A stretch of 64,000 nt of DNA from Trichinella spiralis (lineage: Eukaryota). Location: positions 3,503,116-3,567,115 of the forward strand of contig NW_003526945.1 in assembly GCF_000181795.1 (NCBI RefSeq), read 5' to 3'. A program made the translations under genes and the position numbers. The notes below the pieces were generated by a model. The model was not told where the DNA came from. It ran no database searches and was given only the letters and a program-made list of their open reading frames with translations. Position 1 is the stretch's first letter, and each line of letters starts with the position of its first letter. This document shows, piece by piece, positions 43,445 to 55,233 of this stretch.

Positions 43445-45032
43445 TGAAAAAACTTCAAGGAAGAACTGGCCGTGAAAAGGCAAACGTATTAAAGTATGGC
43501 GCTTGCACAATGACCCGCACGGTCTGGCCAATGTACATTGTTCATCATCATTTTTCTCATTTCAGCTGCACAGCTTGAACGCCATTTTCCTCTTCACCTC
43601 CAACATACTGAGCTTTTTCACAGCGCCCTCTATCGTTGGCGCCGTGGCCCTTGAAAAAGCGATGCTATCGTGACACCTTTTGCTTTCCTCTGTCTTCATG
43701 AAGCGGAAATCCTGACCTTATCTGATGTCGAGGTTGACATCTGAGTCTGTGCAAACAACTTTAACTGACCTCTCATCGACCTGCAAACAGCCGCATAATC
43801 TATCAGCCTTTTTCAATAATTCATATGCCTATTTTTATGGTAATTCCTATGAAATTATCAATCGACAATGTTGCATCATCAAGTTCAGTATCGTTTCGAT
43901 TATGACAAACTAATATTTATTTACTAAAATAGCTGAAATGCTGAAGTGATAGAATAACAACACACACACACACACACACATGCAACATGAGCTTTCGTAC
44001 AATTTACAAAATAAATTCCAAACAACGTAAAATGCGAAGAAAGAAAACTTATTTTAAAACTACGAGCTGAAAAAGCAATCAACAAGACAAACTTTTAAAT
44101 ATATACATATATATATAACAAGAATGAAATAATTTTCTCAAAAAAGAGAGCAAGGTTAATGGTTTAAGTTGACTTTGGTCATGTGAAACATACCTCTGTT
44201 TTATTATTATCCTGACTTGCGCAAATTTTTTATGCGGCTAACAAAATATATTTTTACTAATTTTACATTTCTATTTATAAGAGATTCCATCAGTATCAGG
44301 ATGAAAAAATGTTTTAAAGCAATACAAGCTTAAATGAACAATTCTCTTCATAAGCCTGCAACAGTGCAAAAATCAGAAGAATGTGCTCAGTCATACTGTT
44401 GGTCCATTGCAATAGCTACATATCAAGTAGAGGAATAAATGTCAAATAAGCATCTTCTTTTGCCTTTATCTCTATCGCAAATTATTGCAAAATTCACTAA
44501 CACTACAAACAATCAATAACGTCAGGCATATCGTAATATCACAGAACAATCATACATGAATATTTTAAAATACTACAAAACTCTTAATCATAAAAAAGTG
44601 TATTAGATATTCATTTAATCTGTCTGTTTAATTTTTCATTCTAATTCATCAAGAAATGCCCTCAGCTTGTAAAACTGTTCAACAATTTGTACAAGTGATT
44701 CTACAAAAACAGGATCACAACAATAAAGTGGTACGCATTTGTTCTGCTGCAGCAATCCAAAATGTCATTCATGTATGCGGTGTTCAAACAGATGTTACTT
44801 TTCTCTTTACTGTCCACCATCCGGCCAATCACTGTTACGTTAATTCAATTTCCGAGAAAACCTTCAACTTTGAACTGTAGCAGCATTTGACAGATGAAAT
44901 AAGTAATAAACAAGTTTTTACGGAAAATATTCAATTGAAATGACACGTAGCAGTTAAATATTTCCATTTCCGTACCAGCACGTCCGATTAAAGCTGTGGT
45001 AATTAAGAATTGCTGATATAGTCATATAGTTT

Positions 45033-46438
45033 ATGGAGAAAAACAAATTCATGCCAGGGACAGCTAGCTGTACAGAAACCTTCAGCTCAAATGAAAGCGA
45101 AAAGGATGAAGAAAAAATGAACCAAGAACTGGCTTATAAATGCATAATAATTGTTTCTGGTGTGCTGAGCCTTTTATCTGCCATTCTATTTTGCACTACT
45201 TTTCCAATGCTTTACAATACTGCACAAACGTTGAGCTCAGCCATCCAGTATGACTTTGATTCTTGCGAAGTGAGTTCAACATTCACATTGCTTTTACCGA
45301 TTGGATTAATGCCAGAGTTTTCCGCAGGATTCGATTCGAGTTCTTGAAGATTCAATTTTGAAATTAAGCCCCAAGAATCATTCCACCAGAACTCCTCTAA
45401 TCAAACGACAATCTTTTGGTCAATCATCTGTTATTTTCAATGGATTAGTCGTTTTTCAAGAATGCCCTGGTAAGTTGAGTAAATTCTCAAATGGCTGTTT
45501 AGAAGTATTTAAAAATTTTAAGCCTGCTGTATTCCCGGAATCCAAGGTCCTCCAGGTGAACCGGGTCTTCCTGGTCTGCCAGGATCACCAGGTAGTGAAG
45601 GATCTGTTGGCAGACCTGGAACCACTCCAAACGCTTCTTGCATTCCCGAAAGGGTATACGAACCACCACCTTGCCTACCATGTCCGCAAGGTCCACGAGG
45701 ACCTGTTGGTCATCCCGGATTTCCTGGTGATTCCGGTGATCCAGGAATTATGGGTCGTCCAGGTAAATATTTTAAAGCTGTTCACACACGATTGCATTAT
45801 TGTCATAATTTTCAGGTAATCAAGGACCTCCAGGTCCACCAGGAAGTACAGGCATTCCTGGTCCCCCTGGACTAATGGGTCCTCCTGGTGCTGTTGGTGA
45901 TGAAGGAATGCCACCTGAGACGAAGATTATACAAGGTCTACCAGGAGATGCAGGTGATCCAGGACTTCGGGGTGCGCCAGGTAGCCCTGGATTACCTGGG
46001 TTGAATGGTGCAGCTGGTTTGCCAGGAGAGAAAGGATGGCCAGGCGAGCCAGGTAATCCTGGAGATATGGGTATACCCGGATTACCTGGTCCTATGGGTG
46101 AAGCCGGCACAGCTGGACCGCCAGGTGTTTGCATTTGCGATGACACTGAAGTAATTATTGAAGATGCTAAAGGGAAAATTCCTGCGCCATGGGCACCTCC
46201 CTACCAACCAGTACCACCTACAGGCTACAGTGATGTCCAGATTCCAAATTCGTATCAAATGCGAATTGAAATTCCGCCATATTCTACTGGTAATAATCTT
46301 CAAATGCACAATACCATTTTCCCGCCGCCTAATCAAATGCAACCACATGAACAGCATCATAAGCTTGTGAAAAGAAAAGATGAAAGTCATTCTGTTTCTA
46401 CTGATACATCAGCTGATAGAATTCATATAAGAAAATAA
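45033..46438 (+). CDS. dpy-2: Nematode cuticle collagen, DPY-2-like
   Basis: Exons 45033-45269, 45328-45469, 45523-45762 and 45816-46438 join in frame. N-terminal TM/Col_cuticle_N region. CPACC, then Gly-X-Y, then [28 protein letters not shown], then Gly-X-Y, then [10 protein letters not shown] and a C-terminal extension. The inter-block sequence matches my recollection of C. elegans DPY-2. Confidence 0.85.
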
Positions 46439-47309
46439 ATTTTCAATATACGTTTTATGCATATTACGGGTGCTTTCCATTCTAGCTGTTTGTAAAGATT
46501 GAATGACTAACTGACTGATTGAATGCTGAAATGATTGACGGAATTTTTTCATTCCAGCATAATTACAAACACGTTTAATAAAACGTAGAGACAGAAATGC
46601 AGTTATTTATTGAAAATTTTAAAAAAGCATTCTAGACAAAACAAAAAGTATTAGATAGATCATTTTGGCAAAGCAAAACTTACGCATAAAACATGCACGC
46701 ATTTGAACACTTTGCAAATAAATATCGAATTGATTTTAAATTATGATTAATAATGAATAATGGTATAAATTGAGCTTTTTCAAACGCACTAATTAGTCAA
46801 AAATTTCTGTTTTCTGAATGAATTTTCAGTTTAAGAAGCAACGTTACAGTAAAAATTATATTCAGAAAATGTTCACGGAAGTTATAAATATATGTAAAAT
46901 TATATGCATCAGAATTTTGGCTTGTTAATTATTTGAAGCGTTATTCTTTTTTTTCCTTTATTTCAAAAAATTATGCGTTAGGCATGTTGGAAATACGGAA
47001 TGCAAAATATTTTTTTAAAACTCTTTATACGCTATATAAGAACTGCTACGGTCGGTTGCTTATTTTTCATCGTGAAAGTTCATCATTTAAGGCCATATAA
47101 GAGGTGCGTACATTGGTTTTCTAAATCAAAGGTCATATTTTGAAGTTATGACTGTATGACCTACGCCACGGTCCAGTTTAGCAGTTCGGACAATGACATT
47201 TAGTTAACAGAGGTTGCGCGTGTAGCTGAGAATCTTGCTCTGATTCAAACATATTTCAGAAAACCTAATTGACTGTTTTCCGTTTCATAATGACTGATTT
47301 TTGCATGCA

Positions 47310-48681
47310 ATGACTGAGAGGAAAAAAGACGTACAGCTGCTAGGTAAAGATGAATCACAGTGCGATCAAATGTGGAGCAGGCGCATACGAGCTTATCAAA
47401 TAATGATTAAAATTCAACTTGCTTTAAGTACCTTTTCACTACTGCTCATTTCTTGCATACTGCCACTAATGAACACCTATATTGGTAAGAACGAGAATTA
47501 TGCACAGCGCCAACTCATTAAATGTGAAGTAAGTGAAATTAATTACTATAAATAATCATTTATTCATTGATCTGACACGAACGGATTGAATATATTCTTA
47601 TATATTCATCTGCTCTTTATAATATTAGGATCAAAATATTGACTCCTTAAAAAGTAGTAGTTTAAAAGTAAAACATTTGAAAATAATATAAAATTCAACA
47701 TCCAATGTAACTGATAAATTGGCAAACGTTAACCAATATAAAGGGAAAAATATTTATTTTTCATTTGACATGTGGTTCATTTCCAATAGTCTCCATTTAC
47801 TAAGGAGCTAAATTTGGAATTATCATTGAAAACAAATAAGCTTATAATACAAAAGTATTCGAATATTTCAGGAAAGCACTAATGACTTCATCCGGCAAAT
47901 TTCAAACGTTAAAATGATTTCAATAAATCGTACTCGAAGGCAGATGCCAAATGGAAATGCCTACGGACTTCCAGAGATGAACGGCATTGAAAACCAGTGT
48001 GAAGGTGACACTAAGGAAATAAATCAAAAATCAAACACACACACACACACATTAACTCCAATAAAAACCGTTTCAGGATGCTGCATTGCGGGTCCGCCAG
48101 GCCCTAGGGGTCAACCAGGAAAGCCCGGACGGCCTGGAAGCGCTGGAAAGCCTGGCAAGCCGGGTATGCCTGGAAAAACTCCAAACACAACTTGCCCACG
48201 GTTTGATGTGATAAAACCGCCACCCTGTCAACCCTGTCCGCGTGGACCACCTGGAATTAAAGGATGGCCAGGTTTCCCAGGTGATATCGGTCCAATAGGA
48301 CCAATGGGTGATAAAGGAAAAGATGGAGAACCAGGAGAACCCGGAGAACCTGGTCCTGAAGGCCCCGAAGGATTTCCTGGATCGCCTGGAGATCCTGGTG
48401 ATAAAGGAATTACACCGGATTCCAAAATGGAACCTGGTCCTCCTGGAGATCCTGGACAACCGGGACCCGTTGGTTATCCAGGACCACCTGGCTTACCAGG
48501 GCGAGACGGTCCTGTTGGTCCAATCGGGCTACCAGGCTGGCCAGGGGAACCTGGAGAACTTGGTGAACAAGGTTATCCTGGACCTGAAGGGGCAGTTGGT
48601 CTACCAGGAACTCCCGGCAAACCTGGAAACTGCGTATGTCAAAGTCAGGATAACACTCTAGAAATAAGACGCTTTCAATGA
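47310..48681 (+). CDS. dpy-10: Nematode cuticle collagen, DPY-10-like
   Basis: Exons 47310-47528, 47872-48004 and 48077-48681. N-terminal TM segment, RTRR furin site, CEGCC, then GKTPNTTCP...[23 protein letters not shown] and a terminal [19 protein letters not shown] matches my recollection of C. elegans DPY-10. AATAAA at 48699-48704. Confidence 0.85.
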
Positions 48682-48886
48682 AATACATCAGTTTATACAA
48701 TAAAAGTAATGCACACATCCGCAAAGCTTTGTTTGGGAATAATTGTTCACTTTTGAAAAGATTTAATATTGCCCATTCCAAATGCACTGAATTGATATTG
48801 AAACACCACTGTTAAATACGAAGAAAAGATAAATATGGATAATTATTTTTATCTCAGTCAAAACTACCAAGTCTGAGTGAAAATAT

Positions 48887-48888
<2 letters not shown>

Positions 48889-48931
<43 letters not shown>
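48889..48931. repeat. (AT)n microsatellite
   Basis: About 21 AT units. Confidence 0.95.
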
Positions 48932-48934
<3 letters not shown>

Positions 48935-51691
48935 GCAAATATTCATTCAAATATCTTTAACAAATGTAAAGTAAACCAATTTTCAAGTATGAAGAATGGA
49001 AAATGAACTTTTAACAATGCTAAAGTAAAAAAGCTTACATACTATTCAAGTGCATGCGTCTCTAGTTGAATATATATAATCATTGCTATTGCCAAACCAA
49101 ATTCCATTTGACGAAGATCTGAGGGAAATAAAATGAACAGTTCAACCCTGCCCGGTTAGAAATCGTTCATCAGTTATCATTGAGCATAAGCGTGATAGCT
49201 TGAAAGTGAAAACGTTTCAGATTCCATTGCACCGTTGCCGCATAAGTGAAAAGAAAATTGCAAAAAGCACTTCGACAGCTTAATTGGGGAGGTAACACTC
49301 GCAGAAAGAAGAATCAGAAATAGCTGCTAGCAGAAGCAATACTCATTTTGTGTTGGTTGATACTGTAGTTGGGACAGGGCGTAGAGACACAAAAGAAATC
49401 AGTTCCGTAGGGAGCATCAAATCTGCGGTTCAAATTAATTGAAACCCCCTTTCGTGGACCGCAAACCAGCGGCTAATCGACATTCCACGATCAACATTCT
49501 CTTATCATTGCGGTGGAAACACGACCTGAATGAAAAGGCAGATGAGTTCGATAAGTATGCAAATTCAGTTTCGGTGCTTTTGGATACGTTCTCAGACGAG
49601 CTGTGAGCCATTTAAAACAACCCTGTAGAGTGGACAAGTAATTTTCAAAAAATGCAAATCAAACCGATTCATCAAATTTCTCTTCAAAAATACAGCAATG
49701 TCAAAACACAATGCACAACACGATGAAACAATTTTCCGACAAAATTTATTTGCATAATAGACGGACAATGCGCCTGTAGCATTGTTGCACGACCTACAGT
49801 TATACGGATGCACTAAACCTGAACGCTGAATTGCTCATTTTTCTGAAAATAATTTTCAACGTCATCCCGATAATGCAACTTCAGAAATTCAACTGCAAAG
49901 TTACTAATCTCAAAGTAGACACTTCACATATATTTCATCTATTGAACAAACAAAAGGGATTTCCAACAAATTGTTTGTTAACTTACACTTGAAATTACTG
50001 TACTGATTCCCAGTTATAGTTATGCTATTAAATTACAGGCCATATACTTTTGAACAACAAGAACAACAATCAAATTCAGATAAAATAAATGCAACTTACC
50101 AAAATAGGCGAGTCACATTAATGAGGTTCATCTTCTTTTTGTGCAAATTTGAAAAATGATGAATAATTTTCGACAAATTAAGTAAAATTAATTTTCATGA
50201 TCCACGTTGAATTTTCACCACGCACGAAAAACAGCACCAATCTACTGCAGTCGTCATACACCGTCAGTCGATGATCACACCAAATGAACTTCACAGAGCA
50301 AACAACGCACGATGAACGCACATAACTGTATGCAAATTTTCATGTCTTTAATTTACACTAATTCTTTTCGTCAAGACACGACGAAAATACTTGTTTCGTG
50401 CATCGAACCAATCAACGAACGATGATGATAATTTGACAAAGTGAACGATTGGAAAATAAAAACCAACGCTGTCGAATGATAATTGAAAATTCAAAATTGA
50501 CCTAGATAAATGGAAAAAACTGCGCGCCAAAATACGAACATTCAGACAACGCGCGTTGCTGAAAAAGAAATAAATTTTAAAAAAAATTACCCATACAGAA
50601 TATGAAATTTTCGATTGAAAATTTAAACATTAAAATTGAATTAAAACAAAATTAGAATTTGTTGTACTTAACAATAGTTTGGTCCAAAACAAAAGCATCC
50701 TATCCGTCGGTCGAGATAATAATCATCAGACAACCGTTTGAATTATCATTTATTATCCATTCCAAACGCACGTGTATTATTTTACAATTAATTTTTTATT
50801 TTCGCTGTGGTTGAATTTTTCTTTTTTGCTGCTTAATGGATTCGGCATTCATTGGTTTAAAAAAATCGTCTGTGGCGTCTTACTGTAGCCAGCAGAATGG
50901 GTTGAAAAATTTTCTATTAGAAAAATTCATGACAGGTCGTTTATAGAAAATGTGCAAATTGAACGGCACCAAATTATTCGTGAAATGAATTTGAAATGCA
51001 TAATTGTTCGAGCTTTAGTTTTCAAGTGTATCCGTTTAAAACTGGTCAGAAGAAGCAGAAGCGGAAGCGGATATGGTATCCAGAAGATTTGTTTATCACG
51101 TATTATTTATTATGGATGACAGTTTGACGAGGAACAAAATATTTGTGAAACAAAATTGGAATCTCGTAATCGCGTGCATTTTATGGAAAAGTTGCAAATT
51201 GTCGTCGCATGTTAATGCCTAAATGGAACAGCAATTAAATAAATATTATTACGAGTTTTAGTTTGTTGAGTTGCAACATTTAAAAATTGACCGTAAAACC
51301 GGTCGGATCAAGCGGCGAGTTGTTGATCCATTCCGTTTCCTGTAATACTTACTGTAAAAGTAGACTGTTCTTTATTCATCAATTAAAATTGGACATTAAG
51401 TTCAATACAATTGGGCAATTGTAACGTTAATAATAATAATAATGTCAATAATATCATAAATATATGGACATGTCAAATGGAAAAGGGTGATAATTTCGTT
51501 ATTAATTCGAGAATATCGAGCAATGCTGGTTATCGGGCTCAATCGAAAGAAACATTTGTAATATAATATTGGATATAACGAATAAAATAAAGTAAAAAAT
51601 CAATCAACAAAAAAAATCAACAAATGAACCACCAGTAGAGCAAAAATGGAAAAATTGAAAGAGTACTGTAGAAATTTTATTTCTGCAATCG

Positions 51692-52799
51692 CTACTTTTG
51701 AAAAGAAGACGACGCTTGGTGACCGTGGGATAATTTTTCTTTTTCCACTGAACGACGACGACGACGACAAATTTCTACGGCCGCGTTCACGTGACTTTTG
51801 CCGACCAAACAAACGCATCGTTCGAGCTGTTCGTGGAGTCGCTCCAGTTCGGCACTTTTTTCCCGCTTGATACGCTTTTCAACGCGCCGTTGGAACTTTT
51901 CCAACTGTCGTTCCACTTCTTCGTAGAACTGTTCGCGCAGTCTGGTCGCATGTTGATTGGCCAGTTGTTTAGCCTTCAAAAAAACAAACAAACAAACAAA
52001 CAAACATCCATACAACAGTAGAATTGATGAATTTGTTTTCATTTCCAAATTTTCTTACACGAACAATTCGAGCAATTCGACGTTCTCGTTCTTCTTGCTT
52101 GTTGTTCATCGGCGTTTGTTTATGTTTGTATTGATATTCAAAAATCTCTGCAAAAGTCGAATGGGAAAATGCAAACAGGCGAATCGAACCAACGCACCAT
52201 CGATTGAACTATAAAATAATGAACGACCGTTGAAAAGTTTTAAAGTAATCCCAACTGTGGAATATTGTTTAAAAATTCACATCACACTGCTCAACTGAAC
52301 TGTTAAAATTTTAATGTCAACCCCATGCATTGTACAATGCTGTGATTTTGTTCGAACAAAATAATTTGGTACAGAAAATTATCACAAATAACAACAGAAT
52401 TTCAATAAATTGAAATTTTACAATCATTATCATCAGAATACTGTAGTGGAATTTCTTCGAGCAATAATTACCCACCGTCAATGTTCAACAACTAATTGAT
52501 CAGAGTTGAAAAAAGGAAAAATTTGAAAATTTTAAATATTTCATTTGTACAATTAACAACAACAACAACAACAACCACATCAAATTTATTTTCCAATACT
52601 TAACACAACAACTGTTGTTAGATATGTATCACAAACATCCAATGCTACAGACATTTGTTTCTGCAGACGTTTGACATCACAAACATGCACCACATCGATA
52701 ATTCAAATGTACGTCAGTAGCTAACAACTATAATAGAATACAAACTTCAACTGCTTCACTTGAGGAAAAATTATGCTTACCGGTGCTTAGTGACGGCAT
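51692..52799 (-). CDS. Small (~129 aa) charged coiled-coil protein of unknown function
   Basis: Three exons with canonical GTAAG donors and AG acceptors in compatible phases: 52781-52799 (MPSLST), 52059-52147 (EIFEYQYKHKQTPMNNKQEERERRIARIVR) and 51692-51973 (AKQLANQHATRLREQFYEEVERQLEKFQRRVEKRIKREKSAELERLHEQLERC...). GC content is higher than in the flanks. Confidence 0.6.
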
Positions 52800-54321
52800 G
52801 CTGATCAAGATGGACTTTTACAATTGATCAAGTAGCTGTTCTTTTTCGAACGAGCTGAACGTTTCTGTGGAAATTATGAATAATTTTTTTTTCAATTTCT
52901 GAAACATATCCGAAAATACTAATGAAGCGCGGATTTTTTGCTCCATTCTGGGCTAGTACTTAGTAGTAGTAGTAGTAAGTTTACAAGTTTCGAATTCGAC
53001 GTTTTCAAATACGCCAGTTTCCTATTTTATAAATAATGAACGAGTAATATCAGAATAAAATTTCTCGGTTAACAAATAGAACTGTACTAGGTTCTTGAAT
53101 GTTTTTGAAATTGAATAGTTTCAATTTTTAAAGTTTTGAACAACTGACAATACAAATCGTGCAGAAAACCTGTTTATGAATGTGAGTTTAAGAAACAAAA
53201 AATAGTTTCAGTCAATACTGAACAACGTTGCGTTTATTATTAGAAGCAATATTGTAGTGGAAAATTGAAAATCAAGATTCACAAAATATACAGTAATTGC
53301 AGTGAAGAAATTTGACAACATGAAAGTGATTTTGAAACAAAAAAACCCTGCTGGGTTTGATGAACAGAATTTTCACATTTTAAAGTTGAATAATATATTG
53401 CACATATCTGCCAGTTACGAGATGAATACAGATTGCACGATTGTTCATTTAGAATAAATATATTCTTTCCGTTTATTACAAGTCAATTTGTTCAAAAGTG
53501 GCCGAGTGGTTGGCTCACATTTCAGCGCTGAACAATTTGGATATGTTTGAAACAAAATTTTGCTTCAACTGCAGCTTCAAACAAGCCCGGGGTGAAGATG
53601 ATATCAGTCGAAATGGAGCAGTTCTGCTTTGTAGAACCAGCACACAGATCTGCTCATCTGTTTTGAAGTGTCAATTTTACGAAATTCAAAACAAAACATG
53701 TACATCAGAAAAATTAAAAACTGATGCCTTTGAACAATTTTCAAATATTCGACTAAATTGTTACCCTGATAAATTGGATAAAACGCTTTTGAAAGCAAGA
53801 CCAAAAAAAAACATGCAAAATTTCACGCGTAAAAGTAAAAGAAGAAACAAATTTCCATACCCAACGATGAACAATAATTGCGTATAAAGAAAATGTGAAA
53901 CTTCAACCGTTCAGCCGTTCAACCGAAAGATTTATGAAAAAAACAGAACGAAAAAAATTAAATCAAGTAAAACATATTCCTTTACTTTTGAAAAAATAAA
54001 AACAAAAACCATAAACACGGAGAATACTGTAAAAAAACAAGCAGGGTGTATTTCGAAGAATCAGAGGAAAAAACCGATCCATACAACTATGCATATATAT
54101 ATATATATATATATATTGATTGGGTTTACTTTTGTCGGCACTTGTGTACTGAGAATTGTCAAAAAAATGACAATTCCAAAGCATCCAAAACAGAAATACA
54201 AAAAAATAAAAACAAAAATTTATAAATATATTAATTGTAATCAATACAACGGATATTGCAATAATAGGTTGAGTGATTAAGTAAAAACAAACAAACCAAC
54301 TTTCAATCATATGTATTATTT

Positions 54322-54352
<31 letters not shown>

Positions 54353-55233
54353 TCACGGCGGAAAATTTGCACAACAAACCGTCCACCGTCGTCTTTTTAA
54401 AATAATTGTGGAAAACGTTATGAAGAAAAACTTGATAATCATAATGACCATATTTGATGCATTGCTGTACAATCGCAGATGTGTAAATAATTGTTTCCTT
54501 TTATCCGCAATAGAATGCTTCACAAACAAACAAACAAACAAACAAAAAATACATTCTATCTATAATACGTAAAAATTGCGTGTGCGCATGTGTATAGGAT
54601 GTGCATATTTTGCGTGTAAAATAATATATATATATATATATATATATCATCGTCACGTCGAAAATCAGAAAATTTGCAAAAAAATGAAAAGCAAAAATGT
54701 CACTTTATATTGTTTTCATAAAAAAAAAGAAATTAAAATGGAAAAAGACAAACAGTAAAAACAACAAACAATAAATAAATAAATAATAAGAATGATCGAT
54801 TGATTATTAATGATAAACAAGAGGTGAAATGATCATTTTTTTCCACACAATCAATCTCAAATCTGTGGCAGCAGAGAGCAGTGAAAAAAATGAAAACAAA
54901 AAGAAAAAAACATGCAATCAGTATGATGTCCAACAAAAAATAATTTCATACAGAATTAAAATGCAACTAAATAGTATACTGATAAATTATAAAAAAATAA
55001 TAGAAAAATAAATGAACGAAATGTCCACGCAGAGTGCGTAATGTTATGTTATGTTATGTTAAATTAGTACTACACACACAAATGATCGCTTGCTTGCTTG
55101 CTTGCTTGTGCATGTGCTTTTGTAATAATTAAATAAGTTGCTTGCTTGCTGTGGTGGTTGTTTTTTGTGTTTGTTTGTTTGTTTGTGTTTCCAAGCGTCG
55201 GCCATCGTGATGACCATGACCATGATGATATCA

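Noticed and set aside
45820..48459. Antisense Gly/Pro-rich ORFs resembling collagens
   Set aside because: Reverse complements of GGN/CCN codons in the real + strand collagens.
49100..50135. Possible small - strand gene (MNLINVTRLFW... spliced to ~49526)
   Set aside because: The joined frame stops after ~40 codons and resembles nothing I recognise.
53498..53553. tRNA-like A-box (GTGGCCGAGTGGTT) and degenerate B-box (GTTTGAAAC)
   Set aside because: I could not fold a cloverleaf. At most a decayed tRNA-derived fragment; tRNAscan-SE would settle it.
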